A stretch of DNA of 64,000 bases from positions 1-64,000 of the IMG/VR virus record IMGVR_UViG_2639763012_000002; one strand, written 5' to 3'. Shown here in pieces: positions 17,630 through 27,149 of this stretch. Below the pieces are notes generated by a model that was not told where the DNA came from, made no database searches, and worked only from the letters and a program-made list of their open reading frames with translations. This DNA comes from a virus (taxonomy: Duplodnaviria; Caudoviricetes). Numbering within the stretch: position 1 is the stretch's first letter; every line of letters begins with the position of its first letter. Position numbers and translations under genes: made by a program.

Positions 17630-19666
17630 ATGAACCTCGAAGAAATCCTCGCGCAACTCCGCGAGATCGACTCCAACCTCACCGCCGAGGAGCAGACCCA
17701 GGCCCGCCGACACCTCCTCGACGAGGTCTTCGCCTCCACCAGCATCGACCTCGCCGCCATGAGCGCAGCCGTGCGCGAGAAGGGCGGAGCGGTCGACCCG
17801 ACCAACGCCGACATCAGCGAAGAAGCCCTCGCCGAGTTCGGCCTGCTGTCCGAGGTGTCCGACGCGGTCAACACCCGCATCGCCGCCATCGAGGAGCAGC
17901 GCGCGAAGGAGCAGCGCGCCGCCCACGCCGCAAAGCTCGCGGAGAAGATCGCCGCTACGAAGGCGCTCGACGCCGCCCCCGCTGGCGGGGGTGGCGGGGG
18001 CGGCGGCGCCCCGGTCACCGCCTCCGGCGGCAGCCGCGGCCCGTCCGCCGGCGGCCCCGCCCGCCGCGAGCACGTCATCATGGTCGCCGCCTCGGACCTC
18101 CCGAATCACTTCTCCGGGCAGACCATCGCTGACGGCCGCGCCCTGACCGCCGCCGCGATCGCCCGCGCCCGGTCCCTGGCCCGCTCCGGCTCCGGCCAGC
18201 GCGTCCCCCTGGTCTCCCTCCAGCGGCAGGCTCCCGACACGCACCTCGTCACTGACGAGATCCGCGACTGGGAGCGCCTGAACACCGCCGCCGACGAGTC
18301 CCGCCTCCCCGGCGGCTCCCTGGCTGCCTCCATGCTCAAGCGGCAGTCCCTGACCGCCTCGACGCCGATCCCCGGCGGCCCGTTCGGCGGCTACGCCTGG
18401 TGCGCGCCGATGGAGCTGCGCGAGGAGTACTGCCCGGTTGACGGGTCGTTGGACGCGATGCTCGACATCCCGACGCTGGTCACCACCCGCGGCGGCGTCA
18501 TGTTTCCCCGCACCCCCGACTTCAGCGCCCTGTACGAGCCGTTTTGTTTCTCGGACGACGACGTGCAGCTGGGCTACGACCTCCAGAAGCCGTGTGTCAG
18601 CCTGCCGTGCCCGGATGGCTGGGACGAGTTCAAGTTGGAGGGCTGCTCCTTCTGCCTGGAGACCGGGATCCTGCAGGCGCGGATCGAGCCGCTGACGGTG
18701 CAACGCGCCATCACCGAGCTGACGATCGCGCACCAGCGGCACGCCAACCGGATGCGCATCCAGTCGATCGTCGACCAGATCGGCGGCATGTCCGGCGGCC
18801 ACACCGACCTGACCGAGTGGGGCAACCACGGTCCGGGCCTCATCGAGAGCCTGCTGTCGTTCGTGGAGTTGCAGGCTGAGCACATCCGCACCCGCCGCCG
18901 CCTGGCGCTCAACACGACGTTGGAGGCCATCTTCCCGCGCTTCGCGCTGGGCGTGCTGCGCGCTGACCTGTCCAAGAAGAACGCGATCGCGGGCCGCTGG
19001 GCCGCCAGCGAGCAGGACGTCATCAACTACCTGCTCACCAGGGGTATTCGCCCGCAGTTCGTGTGGGACTGGCAGGACGAAGAGCTGTCCTCCGACGCCA
19101 CGCCCACCCAGTGGCCGGACCAGATGTCGTTCGTCATCTACCAGGCCGGCGCATTCGTGGCGATCACCGGCCCGAGCGTCCAGATCGAGATGGTTCACGA
19201 CAAGGCCCTGTTGCAGGCCAACCGCGAGATCAGGCTGTTTTCTGAGGACACCACCACCATCGCCTACCGGTGCGGCGCCGCCAAGAGTTACACCGTGCCG
19301 CTGTGCCCCACCGGCGTCTCCGGCGGCCAGGAGGTCATCACCTGCTCCCCGGGTGGCGGGGACGGCGGCGGCGAGGGCCAGGCTCAGGCGCAGACGACTG
19401 TCATCAACGAGCTGGTCGCCGCGCTCCAGCAGATGCTAGCCACTGCCCAGTCGCCGCAGCTCGCTGCCGTTGGCGCTCCCGTGGCGGCGGCCGGGGCCGG
19501 CCAGGGCGCCGCTGCCCCGCAGCAGGCCGCCGTCGCCGAGCCTCTGCTGGAGGCCGCCGTGGCTACGCCGGTCGCGTCGGCCGGAGCCAGCGTCACCGCG
19601 CCCAGCACCGCGGCGCAGAACGGGGCCGGCTCTAGGGGCTCGCGGTCAAGCAAGGGCTCCAAGTAG
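17630..19666 (+). CDS. Major capsid protein with N-terminal scaffold region and Ala/Ser-rich C-terminal extension
   Basis: WCAPME, DIPTLVTTRGG, KPCVSLPCP; strongest codon bias; first gene of rightward virion operon. Confidence 0.85.
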   Translation: MNLEEILAQLREIDSNLTAEEQTQARRHLLDEVFASTSIDLAAMSAAVREKGGAVDPTNADISEEALAEFGLLSEVSDAVNTRIAAIEEQRAKEQRAAHAAKLAEKIAATKALDAAPAGGGGGGGGAPVTASGGSRGPSAGGPARREHVIMVAASDLPNHFSGQTIADGRALTAAAIARARSLARSGSGQRVPLVSLQRQAPDTHLVTDEIRDWERLNTAADESRLPGGSLAASMLKRQSLTASTPIPGGPFGGYAWCAPMELREEYCPVDGSLDAMLDIPTLVTTRGGVMFPRTPDFSALYEPFCFSDDDVQLGYDLQKPCVSLPCPDGWDEFKLEGCSFCLETGILQARIEPLTVQRAITELTIAHQRHANRMRIQSIVDQIGGMSGGHTDLTEWGNHGPGLIESLLSFVELQAEHIRTRRRLALNTTLEAIFPRFALGVLRADLSKKNAIAGRWAASEQDVINYLLTRGIRPQFVWDWQDEELSSDATPTQWPDQMSFVIYQAGAFVAITGPSVQIEMVHDKALLQANREIRLFSEDTTTIAYRCGAAKSYTVPLCPTGVSGGQEVITCSPGGGDGGGEGQAQAQTTVINELVAALQQMLATAQSPQLAAVGAPVAAAGAGQGAAAPQQAAVAEPLLEAAVATPVASAGASVTAPSTAAQNGAGSRGSRSSKGSK

Positions 19667-19691
19667 CCCTCCTCAACCCTGAGGAGGGGAC

Positions 19692-20522
19692 ATGACGACT
19701 CCCGTGGACTACATGGTCCGCCACCAGGTCGCCGCCCCGCCTGCAGCTCCTCGCCTCTACGGCCTCCTCTCGGTGGCCGTAGAGGCCGAGGAGTCCGGCA
19801 CGGTGGCCGAAGAGGGCGAGGGGTCAGGCGCGGATGCCCCCGCGCCGTGGGAGCGGGGCGTTGAGTATTACAGCCCGCTCTGCAACATGGAGACCGGATC
19901 GCTGGAGGGCTGGTGCCCCACCGGCGACAGGGTTCTGTCGCCGTTTCGTCCGGTGCGGGTCGAGGGTGCGCCGGTCACGGTCACGTCCGGATCGGTGTGC
20001 GTCGCGCCGACATTCGACGCTGAACAGGCTGCGCGGGAACAGCTGGAGCGCGGCGAGGAATACCGGATCGAGCAGGAGTGGTGGGATCGTGCCATCGCTC
20101 AGGCGCCGATGGTCGCGCCCGGCCCGATGCCGCTGGACTGTGCCATCGGCCGCCTGGAGGGCATGGCAACGCGGGTGTACGGCGGGCAGCCCGTGTTGCA
20201 CGTCCCGCGCCAGCTGCTGCCACAGCTGTTCCGACACAACCTGGCGCAGCGCACCACAGACGGCGCGCAGTTGGAGACGCCCTGGGGCACGCCCATCGCC
20301 GCTGGCGCCGGCTACGCCCTCGACACCGTCGATGCCGAGGACACCCTGGTCCTGCTGACCGGCCAGGTCACGGTCTGGCGCACCTCCCCCATCGCCACCG
20401 GGCATTTCGAGGCCCGCAGCAACGAGCGCATCGGTGAGGCCGATCGCATCTACGTCGTCACGGCTGACTGCCTCGCGCTGAGCGCGGCCGTCCCGAACTG
20501 CCCTGGAGGGGGTGTCCTGTGA
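19692..20522 (+). CDS. Minor capsid/head-associated protein
   Basis: YGLLSVA, WERGVEY, LETPWGTPIAAGAGY, LTGQV; follows capsid gene. Confidence 0.65.
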   Translation: MTTPVDYMVRHQVAAPPAAPRLYGLLSVAVEAEESGTVAEEGEGSGADAPAPWERGVEYYSPLCNMETGSLEGWCPTGDRVLSPFRPVRVEGAPVTVTSGSVCVAPTFDAEQAAREQLERGEEYRIEQEWWDRAIAQAPMVAPGPMPLDCAIGRLEGMATRVYGGQPVLHVPRQLLPQLFRHNLAQRTTDGAQLETPWGTPIAAGAGYALDTVDAEDTLVLLTGQVTVWRTSPIATGHFEARSNERIGEADRIYVVTADCLALSAAVPNCPGGGVL

Positions 20523-21772
20523 GTACCTGCATCACTCCTGCCCGGTGGGAGGTCGTGCGCATCACCCGGGTCGATGTGTGTGGCCGGCCCGTGTATGGGC
20601 CGTGCAACGCCGTCATCAGTAGGTGTATCGCGACGATCACCGACAGCCCGCAGGTGACGGAGGCCGAGCCGCGTACACAGACCGGGTTCGACGGTCAGGC
20701 GTGCTGGACCGAGCCCGGCTGCGACCGGGTGGACTACCACTCCCTGGGCATCAACTGGTCCCAGATCAGCCTCGATGGGTTCAACTTCATGAACCCATCG
20801 GCACGCATCAGCCGGAACTCCTCGGGCGAGGCGATAGGCCGGTTCGAGTCGAATGTCATCGACTGCTCGGCCGGGTACGCGGTCGAGGTGTGGGCGTCGG
20901 CTGGCGGCACGAACGACATGTGCGCTGCTGGCGACGGCGGCGAGGGGCAGTGGTACTACCGGGTTTACCCGTGGGTGACTGGTGGCACGCCGGGCGAGAT
21001 CACCATGGGCGGCGCCGACGAAGTCGCTTTCCCGTTCACCGGCCGCACCAAGCGGGGCACGCAATGGGGCCGTGGCCCGTACCAGATCACGTTGCAGGAC
21101 GGCGTGCCGGCTGGCCTGCCCGACCCGTTCGACCCCGACCTGGACGAGCCGTACTGGGAGGGCATCGTCACCCTCCCCCCGCCGGAGGCGGACTGCGACT
21201 GCGCCGATGTCGACCGGCCCATCCCCGAGCCGGCCACCCTGGTCATCTCCGGCCGGCCCGAGGAGTCCCCGCGCCTGACCGTCGACTTGTGGGCGGACAA
21301 CGCTGGCCTTGGCCCGGTGTTGGTGGACTGGGGTGATGGCTCCCCCGTGGTCGAGGTCGCCGAGCTGACCACGGTCTCGCACCGCTACTCGGACGACTCC
21401 TACGGCTCCCCCGGCGGGGCCGCCGTCATCCGCGTCTGTGATGCGCAGGACCCGGTGGTGTGCGCTCAGCGGGAGATTCCGCTGCCGCTCCCGCCGGATG
21501 AGCCGGAGATCGCGCTGGGGGATGCCGGCACGCCGGAGGAGCCCAACAGGGTCACCGCCACGGTGGTGTTGCCGCCGCAGGCTGAGGGTGAGGTCGTCAT
21601 CAACTGGGGTGACCGGCAGACCACGGAGATCGTGGCGGACCCGGCGACGCTGGTGGTGGAGGCGCAGCACGTCTACCGCTACCCGGGCCGCTACCGGGTG
21701 TGCGCGACCAGGGCGGAGCGCACCTCGTTCCGTGGCTGCCAGGTCGCGCAGGTCCCCATCACCGGCAGCTGA
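20519..21772 (+). CDS. Major tail (tube) protein with two C-terminal PKD/Ig-like domains
   Basis: VRITRVDVCGRP, YAVEVWA, WGRGPY; PKD motifs VDWGDGS..HRY and INWGD..HVYRYPGRY. Confidence 0.75.
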   Translation: MSTCITPARWEVVRITRVDVCGRPVYGPCNAVISRCIATITDSPQVTEAEPRTQTGFDGQACWTEPGCDRVDYHSLGINWSQISLDGFNFMNPSARISRNSSGEAIGRFESNVIDCSAGYAVEVWASAGGTNDMCAAGDGGEGQWYYRVYPWVTGGTPGEITMGGADEVAFPFTGRTKRGTQWGRGPYQITLQDGVPAGLPDPFDPDLDEPYWEGIVTLPPPEADCDCADVDRPIPEPATLVISGRPEESPRLTVDLWADNAGLGPVLVDWGDGSPVVEVAELTTVSHRYSDDSYGSPGGAAVIRVCDAQDPVVCAQREIPLPLPPDEPEIALGDAGTPEEPNRVTATVVLPPQAEGEVVINWGDRQTTEIVADPATLVVEAQHVYRYPGRYRVCATRAERTSFRGCQVAQVPITGS

Positions 21773-21805
21773 CCAGCGGATCGAACCGAGAGGAGGTGGG
21801 GCCGG

Positions 21806-22687
21806 ATGCCAGCCGTGGGTGACATGTGTGACTGCCTGCCGTGGCCGATCGACCCGACGTGCTGCCCGACGTGGCCGGAGACGTGGGAGGAGATCTCCGG
21901 CCCCACCCCTCCCGACCGCGGCCTCACCTCGGAGGAGGTCGCGGCGTTGCGGGCCCGCGCGATCGCCTCGGAGCGGCTGCGGACGCTGACCGCCTGGCGG
22001 TGGGGGCTGTGCGAGGACCTGGTGAGGCCGTGTGGCCCGCCGCAGTGCCAGACGCGTGGCTACCCGGCGAACGTGTACGGGGCCGGGTACGGGGTGCTCA
22101 ACCCGGCGCTGTCCGCAGGGCGCATGTACAACTCGGGGTGCTGCGCCTGCTCGTCGTGTGAGCCGTGCTGCACCGTCTACCTGCCGGGCCCGGTGCACGA
22201 CGTGCTGCACGTGCGGATCGACGGGCGTGAGTTGGAGCGCGGCGTTGAGTGGGACGTGAACGGCGAGGGCGGCATCTACTTGATGGACGGCTGCTGGCCG
22301 CACGGGCAGGATCTGCGGCGCCCCTGCGGCGCCCCGGGCACGTGGTGCGTTCGCTACCTGCGTGGCATCGACCCGGCATCCAGTTGGGACGCGATCCGCG
22401 CCGTCTCGGCGCTGGCGTGCCATCTGTTTCAGGACGCGTGCGGTGTCGACTGCGGGCCGCCCCGGGATGCGACGAGCGTGCGGCGCGGTGATGTTGAGTG
22501 GGAGCGGGCTCCGTCGACGCGGGACACCGGCGTGGCTGCGGCTGACGAGTGGCTGGACATCGTGAACCCGCTGCGCACCCTCCAGGTGCCGCGCGTGTAC
22601 GACCCCGGTGCGCCGCGGTGGCGGTTCCGCGGCCATTCCGAATGCCGCCGGGCCGTGACTGTGGGGGGTGTGGCTGGTGGCGGGTGA
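21806..22687 (+). CDS. Head-to-tail adaptor
   Basis: LRTLTAWRWGLC..VRPC, LPGPVHDVLHVRIDG, SVRRGDV, TGVAAADEWL..VNP. Confidence 0.7.
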   Translation: MPAVGDMCDCLPWPIDPTCCPTWPETWEEISGPTPPDRGLTSEEVAALRARAIASERLRTLTAWRWGLCEDLVRPCGPPQCQTRGYPANVYGAGYGVLNPALSAGRMYNSGCCACSSCEPCCTVYLPGPVHDVLHVRIDGRELERGVEWDVNGEGGIYLMDGCWPHGQDLRRPCGAPGTWCVRYLRGIDPASSWDAIRAVSALACHLFQDACGVDCGPPRDATSVRRGDVEWERAPSTRDTGVAAADEWLDIVNPLRTLQVPRVYDPGAPRWRFRGHSECRRAVTVGGVAGGG

Positions 22688-23210
22688 CGAGCGGGCTGAG
22701 GAGATGGTGCACGACCTGATCGCCTGCCTGTGCGCCCAACTGGCCGAGGCCGGGCGGGCGGTCTGCTGCTGCCAGTGGATCACCCACGAGCGGCGCCTCC
22801 TGCCCGATGGGTGCGACTGTGAGTGCCCGGGTGGGCAGGGCGTGGGGTGGGTGCGGATCATCGAGCGCCGCTACCGCCCGTCGGAGGCGCCCCGGTCGCG
22901 TGGGTTCGACGGCGGGGTGTGCGGGCCGGCGTCGTGGGGTGAGGAGTGGCTGATGGAGGCCGGTGTCGCGCGCTGCTGGCCCACCCGCAAGGAGGGGCTG
23001 GGGTGCGATGAGGCGTCGGAGCTGTCGGCTGACCTGGCGTGGGATCAGGATCTGCTGATGCAGGCGCTGGTGTGCTGCGAGCCGCTGGCCCGCTACGGGA
23101 TTACGCCGGTCGTCGCCCGGACGCTGGGTCCGCAGGGCGGCTGCGTGGCCGGCGTGCTGGAGTTCACCGCTCGGCCCGCTCCCCGTTACCCCTACTCGTC
23201 TGTAAAGTAG
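22668..23210 (+). CDS. Putative tail terminator
   Basis: GWVR, EAGVARC, LGPQGGCVAG motif; position in operon. Confidence 0.6.
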   Translation: MWLVAGDERAEEMVHDLIACLCAQLAEAGRAVCCCQWITHERRLLPDGCDCECPGGQGVGWVRIIERRYRPSEAPRSRGFDGGVCGPASWGEEWLMEAGVARCWPTRKEGLGCDEASELSADLAWDQDLLMQALVCCEPLARYGITPVVARTLGPQGGCVAGVLEFTARPAPRYPYSSVK

Positions 23211-23297
23211 GGGTGCGCTCTGCCGTGCCCAGGGTCCCCGGCGGATGTACCAAGCGGCCCACCCATTCCGGTAGTTGAGGAAAGGGGGGCGCCGGTC

Positions 23298-23750
23298 ATG
23301 AGCGCTCCAGATGCACCCGTCATCGAGATCGACACAGCCACCCTCGCCAAGCCCGTCGGGCGTCCTGCGCACGTGCGGATCGGCGGCGAGGTGTTCATCG
23401 CCCGCTGCCCTAAGGACGCCGTGCTGGCACGGATGGCCGACACGGCCACCAACCGGCGCATGGACCTGGTCGCCGGCTACACCGCCGCCATCTTCGGCAG
23501 CGAGGCGGGTGAGCGCATCGGCGAGATGCTGGTCGACCCGGATGTCGAGGACGTGACGCTGGCGACCCTCATGGAGCTGGTGCGCTACCTGCTGTCCGAC
23601 GAGAACGGCCCCCAGTGGTCGAAGGCGCTCGAAGAGTCGTTCAAGGCGTTGGGGTCCGGGCCGAAGCCGCGCACTGTCCGCACCGCGCCGACGAAGAAGG
23701 CGCCGGCGAAGAGGGCCGCCACCAAGAGGGCACCGGCCAGGCGGCGTTGA
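23298..23750 (+). CDS. Tail assembly chaperone
   Basis: ARCPKD motif; lies between tail genes and tape measure. Confidence 0.65.
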   Translation: MSAPDAPVIEIDTATLAKPVGRPAHVRIGGEVFIARCPKDAVLARMADTATNRRMDLVAGYTAAIFGSEAGERIGEMLVDPDVEDVTLATLMELVRYLLSDENGPQWSKALEESFKALGSGPKPRTVRTAPTKKAPAKRAATKRAPARRR

Positions 23751-24229
23751 TGCTGTTCGGACTGCAACTGCCGATCGTGGTGGACGCGGACCTGGACGGC
23801 GATCCCATCCGCATCATCATGGACCAGCCCGACGGCCCCACCGCCTGCCTGTGGGCCCTCGTCGACGACTGGTCTCCTCTCATGCCCGGGGCGCTGCCCG
23901 ACGGCCAGCGCCGCTACTGGGAGGATCGGCTCGCTGACCCTGACGACCAGCTCGACCGGCCCGCGCTGCGCCCTCTCGCGTTCGCGTTGGCGCGCCGGGT
24001 GTATGGGGTGGCGTGGTGGACGGCGCACCGCATCCTCCAGGAGGCGGCCGAGGCGCGGCTGGCGTACGAGATGTGGTGCGTGAACCACGGATTCGATGCC
24101 GCCAGCCAGCCGGCGCACCGGATCGTCGCCTCGGCCGCAGCGTGGGCGGCATCGACATGGTCGGAGGAGGCGCAGGCCGCGTCGTGGTCTCAGCGGGTCT
24201 CCATGCCGCCGCCTGGGGTGGTGGCGTAG
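23750..24229 (+). CDS. Second tail assembly chaperone-like protein
   Basis: TGATG overlap with upstream gene; directly precedes tape measure. Confidence 0.6.
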   Translation: MLFGLQLPIVVDADLDGDPIRIIMDQPDGPTACLWALVDDWSPLMPGALPDGQRRYWEDRLADPDDQLDRPALRPLAFALARRVYGVAWWTAHRILQEAAEARLAYEMWCVNHGFDAASQPAHRIVASAAAWAASTWSEEAQAASWSQRVSMPPPGVVA

Positions 24230-27148
24230 ATGACGCTGGGCACAGCCGAGGTCGAGGTAGAGGCCGACACCCGCAACTTCTGGACCAGGTTCCAGGAGGA
24301 GGCTCGGCGGCAGCCTGCCGTCAAGGTCAAGGTCACACTGGACAAGAAGTCCCTCAGCGATTCCCTGAAGAGCGTTGACGCCGAGGTCGAGGTGCGGGCC
24401 GCGACCGCCCGCATGGTGCGGGAGATCGAGGATGCTCTCGGGCGCGTTCGAGTACCCGACATCACCGTCCCGGTCACCGCTGACATAGACCAGGCGCAGG
24501 CCCAGTTGAGGTCTCTGACCGTGCCGGACCTGACAGCGCAGGTTGGGGCCGACGCCGAGATCGAGGTACGTGCCGCGACCGACCGCATGGTGCGGGAGGT
24601 CGAGGAGGCGCTGCGCCGCGTCTCAGTGCCCGACATCGTCATCCCGGTCACGGCCGATGTCGACCGCGCTCAGGCGCAGTTGCGCTCGCTCACCCCGCCG
24701 GACCTGACGGTGCCGGTCACGATCGACGCCGACGATGCGCTCCAGCAGCTGCGGGACGAAATCGACGCCATCACCGGCACCATCACGATCGGCCCCGGTG
24801 GCGGGGGCGGGGGGGATGGCGACCCGGGCGGCGCTGGCCGGCGCGCCGGGGGCGGCATGCTCGCCGGGATGACGGCGGCGCTCCGCTCCGCCGGGCCCGC
24901 CGCGCTGGCCGCTGTCGGCGCCCTGTACGCCGCTGCTCTGATCGCCGCGTTCAACGCCGGGTTCCAGGGGCTGCTGGAAGAGCAGCAGATCGCGGGGATG
25001 CTGCAGGCGCAGCTCGGAGTCACCGCTGACGAGGCACATCAGGCAGGCACCGTGGCGGGCGACCTGTACGCCCGCGGCGTCGCGGACAGCGTGGAGGAGG
25101 GCAGCCAGGCCGTCCAGGCCGCGGTCCGCGCAGGGTTCGCCGGGGCTGGCGACATCCCTGAGCTGACGGAGATCTCCACGCAACTGTCAGACGTCGCGCG
25201 GCTGATGGAGGAGGACGTCGGCCAGACGGCGCGCGCCGTCGGCCAGATGGTGCGCACGGGCCTGGTGGATAACGCCACCGAGGGCCTGGACCTGTTGACG
25301 CGCGGCGTGCAGGGCGGCGCGAACGCAGCCGAGGATCTCCTCGACACATTCACTGAGTACTCCACGCAGTTCCGGCAGTTGGGGCTGACGGGCGAGGAGG
25401 CGCTGGGGCTGATCCAGCAGGGCCTGGCCGGCGGCGCCCGCGACGCGGACACCGTCGCCGATGCCCTCAAAGAATTTTCGATCGAAGCCGCGCAGGGCGG
25501 CGAGCGTGTCGTGGACGCGTTCGAGGACCTGGGGCTGAACGCCGACCAGCTGTCGGACGCATTCGCCGCCGGGGGATCGGACGCGCGGGCCGCGCTGGAC
25601 GAGGTGTTCGACACGCTCCAGGCGATCGAGGATCCGCTGGAACGCAACCAGCTCGCGATCGGGTTGTTCGGCACCAAAGCAGAGGATTTGGGCCAGGCGT
25701 GGGAAAGCCTCGATCTGAACAGCGCGGCCGGCGAGTTGGACAACGTCGCCGGGGCCGCAGACCGCGCCGGGGATGCACTGCGGGACAACATGGGCACCCG
25801 GTTGCAGCGCGTCGGCCGCGAGTTCCAGCAGGCCATGACCGGCCTGTTCACCGGTGATTTCAGCCAGTTCGGGGACCTGCGAGACGCGGTCGAGGACGTG
25901 CTACCGGACTTGCGCGATGTCGGCGTGCGCCTGATCGGCAACATCGAGTCCGGCATCTCCGCAGCCCTACCGCGCATCCCGGGCATCGTCTACCGGATCG
26001 GTCAGCGGATCGGCGACTCGATCGGCGACTGGGGGCCGCTCGTCCTCAAAGGGCTGGGGTTCCTGGTCGCGCTGCCGGCGCTGCTGGCGGGGCTGGTGCT
26101 GACCGGGCTGGCGGGCGCGTTCGTCAGTATCGGGCGGCAGTTGCTGCCATACCTACAGTCGGCGTGGCAGGCCGTCTCCGACTTCTTCACCAGCACGGTG
26201 CCCGCTTTCTTCTCGGATCTCGGCGGGCTGATCTCCGACGCGTTCGGCGCCGCGTGGCAGGCGACGGCGGAATTTCTGACGGAGACCGTGCCGGAGATGT
26301 TCCTCGGCCTCCTCCAATGGTTCTTGGACCTGCCAGCGCTGATCGCGATGGGCCTCGGCGCGCTGGCCGGACTGCTGGTGCTGGCGTTCGTCACCGCGAT
26401 CGAGGCTGTTGTCGATTTCCTGACCGACGATGCAGGACCCGCGATCGGCGAGTTCTTCGTCAACCTCCCTGGTCAGGCGGCTGATGGGCTGGCGTCGCTG
26501 GGCTCCACACTGTGGGACGCGATGGGCGCCGCGTTCGAGTACGTGGCATCGCGCATTCCGGGAGCGCTTGAGGCGAGTCTCCAGTTTCTCCGCGATTTCC
26601 CGGGCAACGCGGTCTCCGCGTTGGGGGATCTCGGGCGCCTCCTGGGCGACGTGATGTCGTCCGCGCTCGACACTGCCGGGGACTGGGTGGAGGAGGGACT
26701 GGCGAGCATAGTCGGTTTCTTCGAGGGGTTGCGGGGTCAGATCGAGTCCGCGCTCTCGTCGTTCGGGTCGTCGGTGTGGGACGGGCTGAAATCGCTCCTC
26801 AACGAGGGCATCCGGCTCGTGAACTCGGCCATCGACGGGTTCAACAAGTTCTCCCCCGTCAACGTGAGCAAAATTCCCGAGCTGGCCAACGGAGCGATCG
26901 TGTATGGCGACACGATCGCCCGCATCGGAGAGGCCGGCCCTGAGGTCGTCATCCCCCTCACCAGGCCGGCGCGCGCCGCTCAACTCGCGCAGCAGTCCGG
27001 GCTGATCGACCTGCTGATCCAGCGTGGTGCGCTCCAGGCGCCGCAGCAGACGACGCAGTACCACACGTGGAACGTGACCTCCCCGGCCGCAGACAGCCGG
27101 GTGGTCGCCACGCAGGTGCATCGCATGTTCGTGACGGCAGGGGTGTGA
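24230..27148 (+). CDS. Tape measure protein
   Basis: 972 aa helical; EDLLDTFTEYSTQF, GARDADTVADALKEFSI, LFGTKAEDLG, ANGAIV..GEAGPEVVIPL. Confidence 0.93.
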   Translation: MTLGTAEVEVEADTRNFWTRFQEEARRQPAVKVKVTLDKKSLSDSLKSVDAEVEVRAATARMVREIEDALGRVRVPDITVPVTADIDQAQAQLRSLTVPDLTAQVGADAEIEVRAATDRMVREVEEALRRVSVPDIVIPVTADVDRAQAQLRSLTPPDLTVPVTIDADDALQQLRDEIDAITGTITIGPGGGGGGDGDPGGAGRRAGGGMLAGMTAALRSAGPAALAAVGALYAAALIAAFNAGFQGLLEEQQIAGMLQAQLGVTADEAHQAGTVAGDLYARGVADSVEEGSQAVQAAVRAGFAGAGDIPELTEISTQLSDVARLMEEDVGQTARAVGQMVRTGLVDNATEGLDLLTRGVQGGANAAEDLLDTFTEYSTQFRQLGLTGEEALGLIQQGLAGGARDADTVADALKEFSIEAAQGGERVVDAFEDLGLNADQLSDAFAAGGSDARAALDEVFDTLQAIEDPLERNQLAIGLFGTKAEDLGQAWESLDLNSAAGELDNVAGAADRAGDALRDNMGTRLQRVGREFQQAMTGLFTGDFSQFGDLRDAVEDVLPDLRDVGVRLIGNIESGISAALPRIPGIVYRIGQRIGDSIGDWGPLVLKGLGFLVALPALLAGLVLTGLAGAFVSIGRQLLPYLQSAWQAVSDFFTSTVPAFFSDLGGLISDAFGAAWQATAEFLTETVPEMFLGLLQWFLDLPALIAMGLGALAGLLVLAFVTAIEAVVDFLTDDAGPAIGEFFVNLPGQAADGLASLGSTLWDAMGAAFEYVASRIPGALEASLQFLRDFPGNAVSALGDLGRLLGDVMSSALDTAGDWVEEGLASIVGFFEGLRGQIESALSSFGSSVWDGLKSLLNEGIRLVNSAIDGFNKFSPVNVSKIPELANGAIVYGDTIARIGEAGPEVVIPLTRPARAAQLAQQSGLIDLLIQRGALQAPQQTTQYHTWNVTSPAADSRVVATQVHRMFVTAGV
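24377..24716 (+). repeat. Tandem 174-bp (58-aa) duplication in the tape measure N-terminus
   Basis: DAEVEVRAATARMVREIEDAL.. at 24377 vs DAEIEVRAATDRMVREVEEAL.. at 24551. Confidence 0.85.
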
Positions 27149-27149
27149 C

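Noticed and set aside
19667-19690. Hairpin ccctcctca-accc-tgaggaggg after the capsid gene
   Set aside because: Ordinary stoichiometry-tuning stem over the next RBS; not a repeat element
17525-22861. Long antisense ORFs (17525..19198, 20450..22861; likewise 10827..12590 and 46998..49526)
   Set aside because: Shadow frames of real high-GC genes, with no motifs
23615-23760. Programmed -1 frameshift between tail chaperones
   Set aside because: The -1 frame is open from 23615, but no XXXYYYZ slippery site is visible and a TGATG restart explains the second gene
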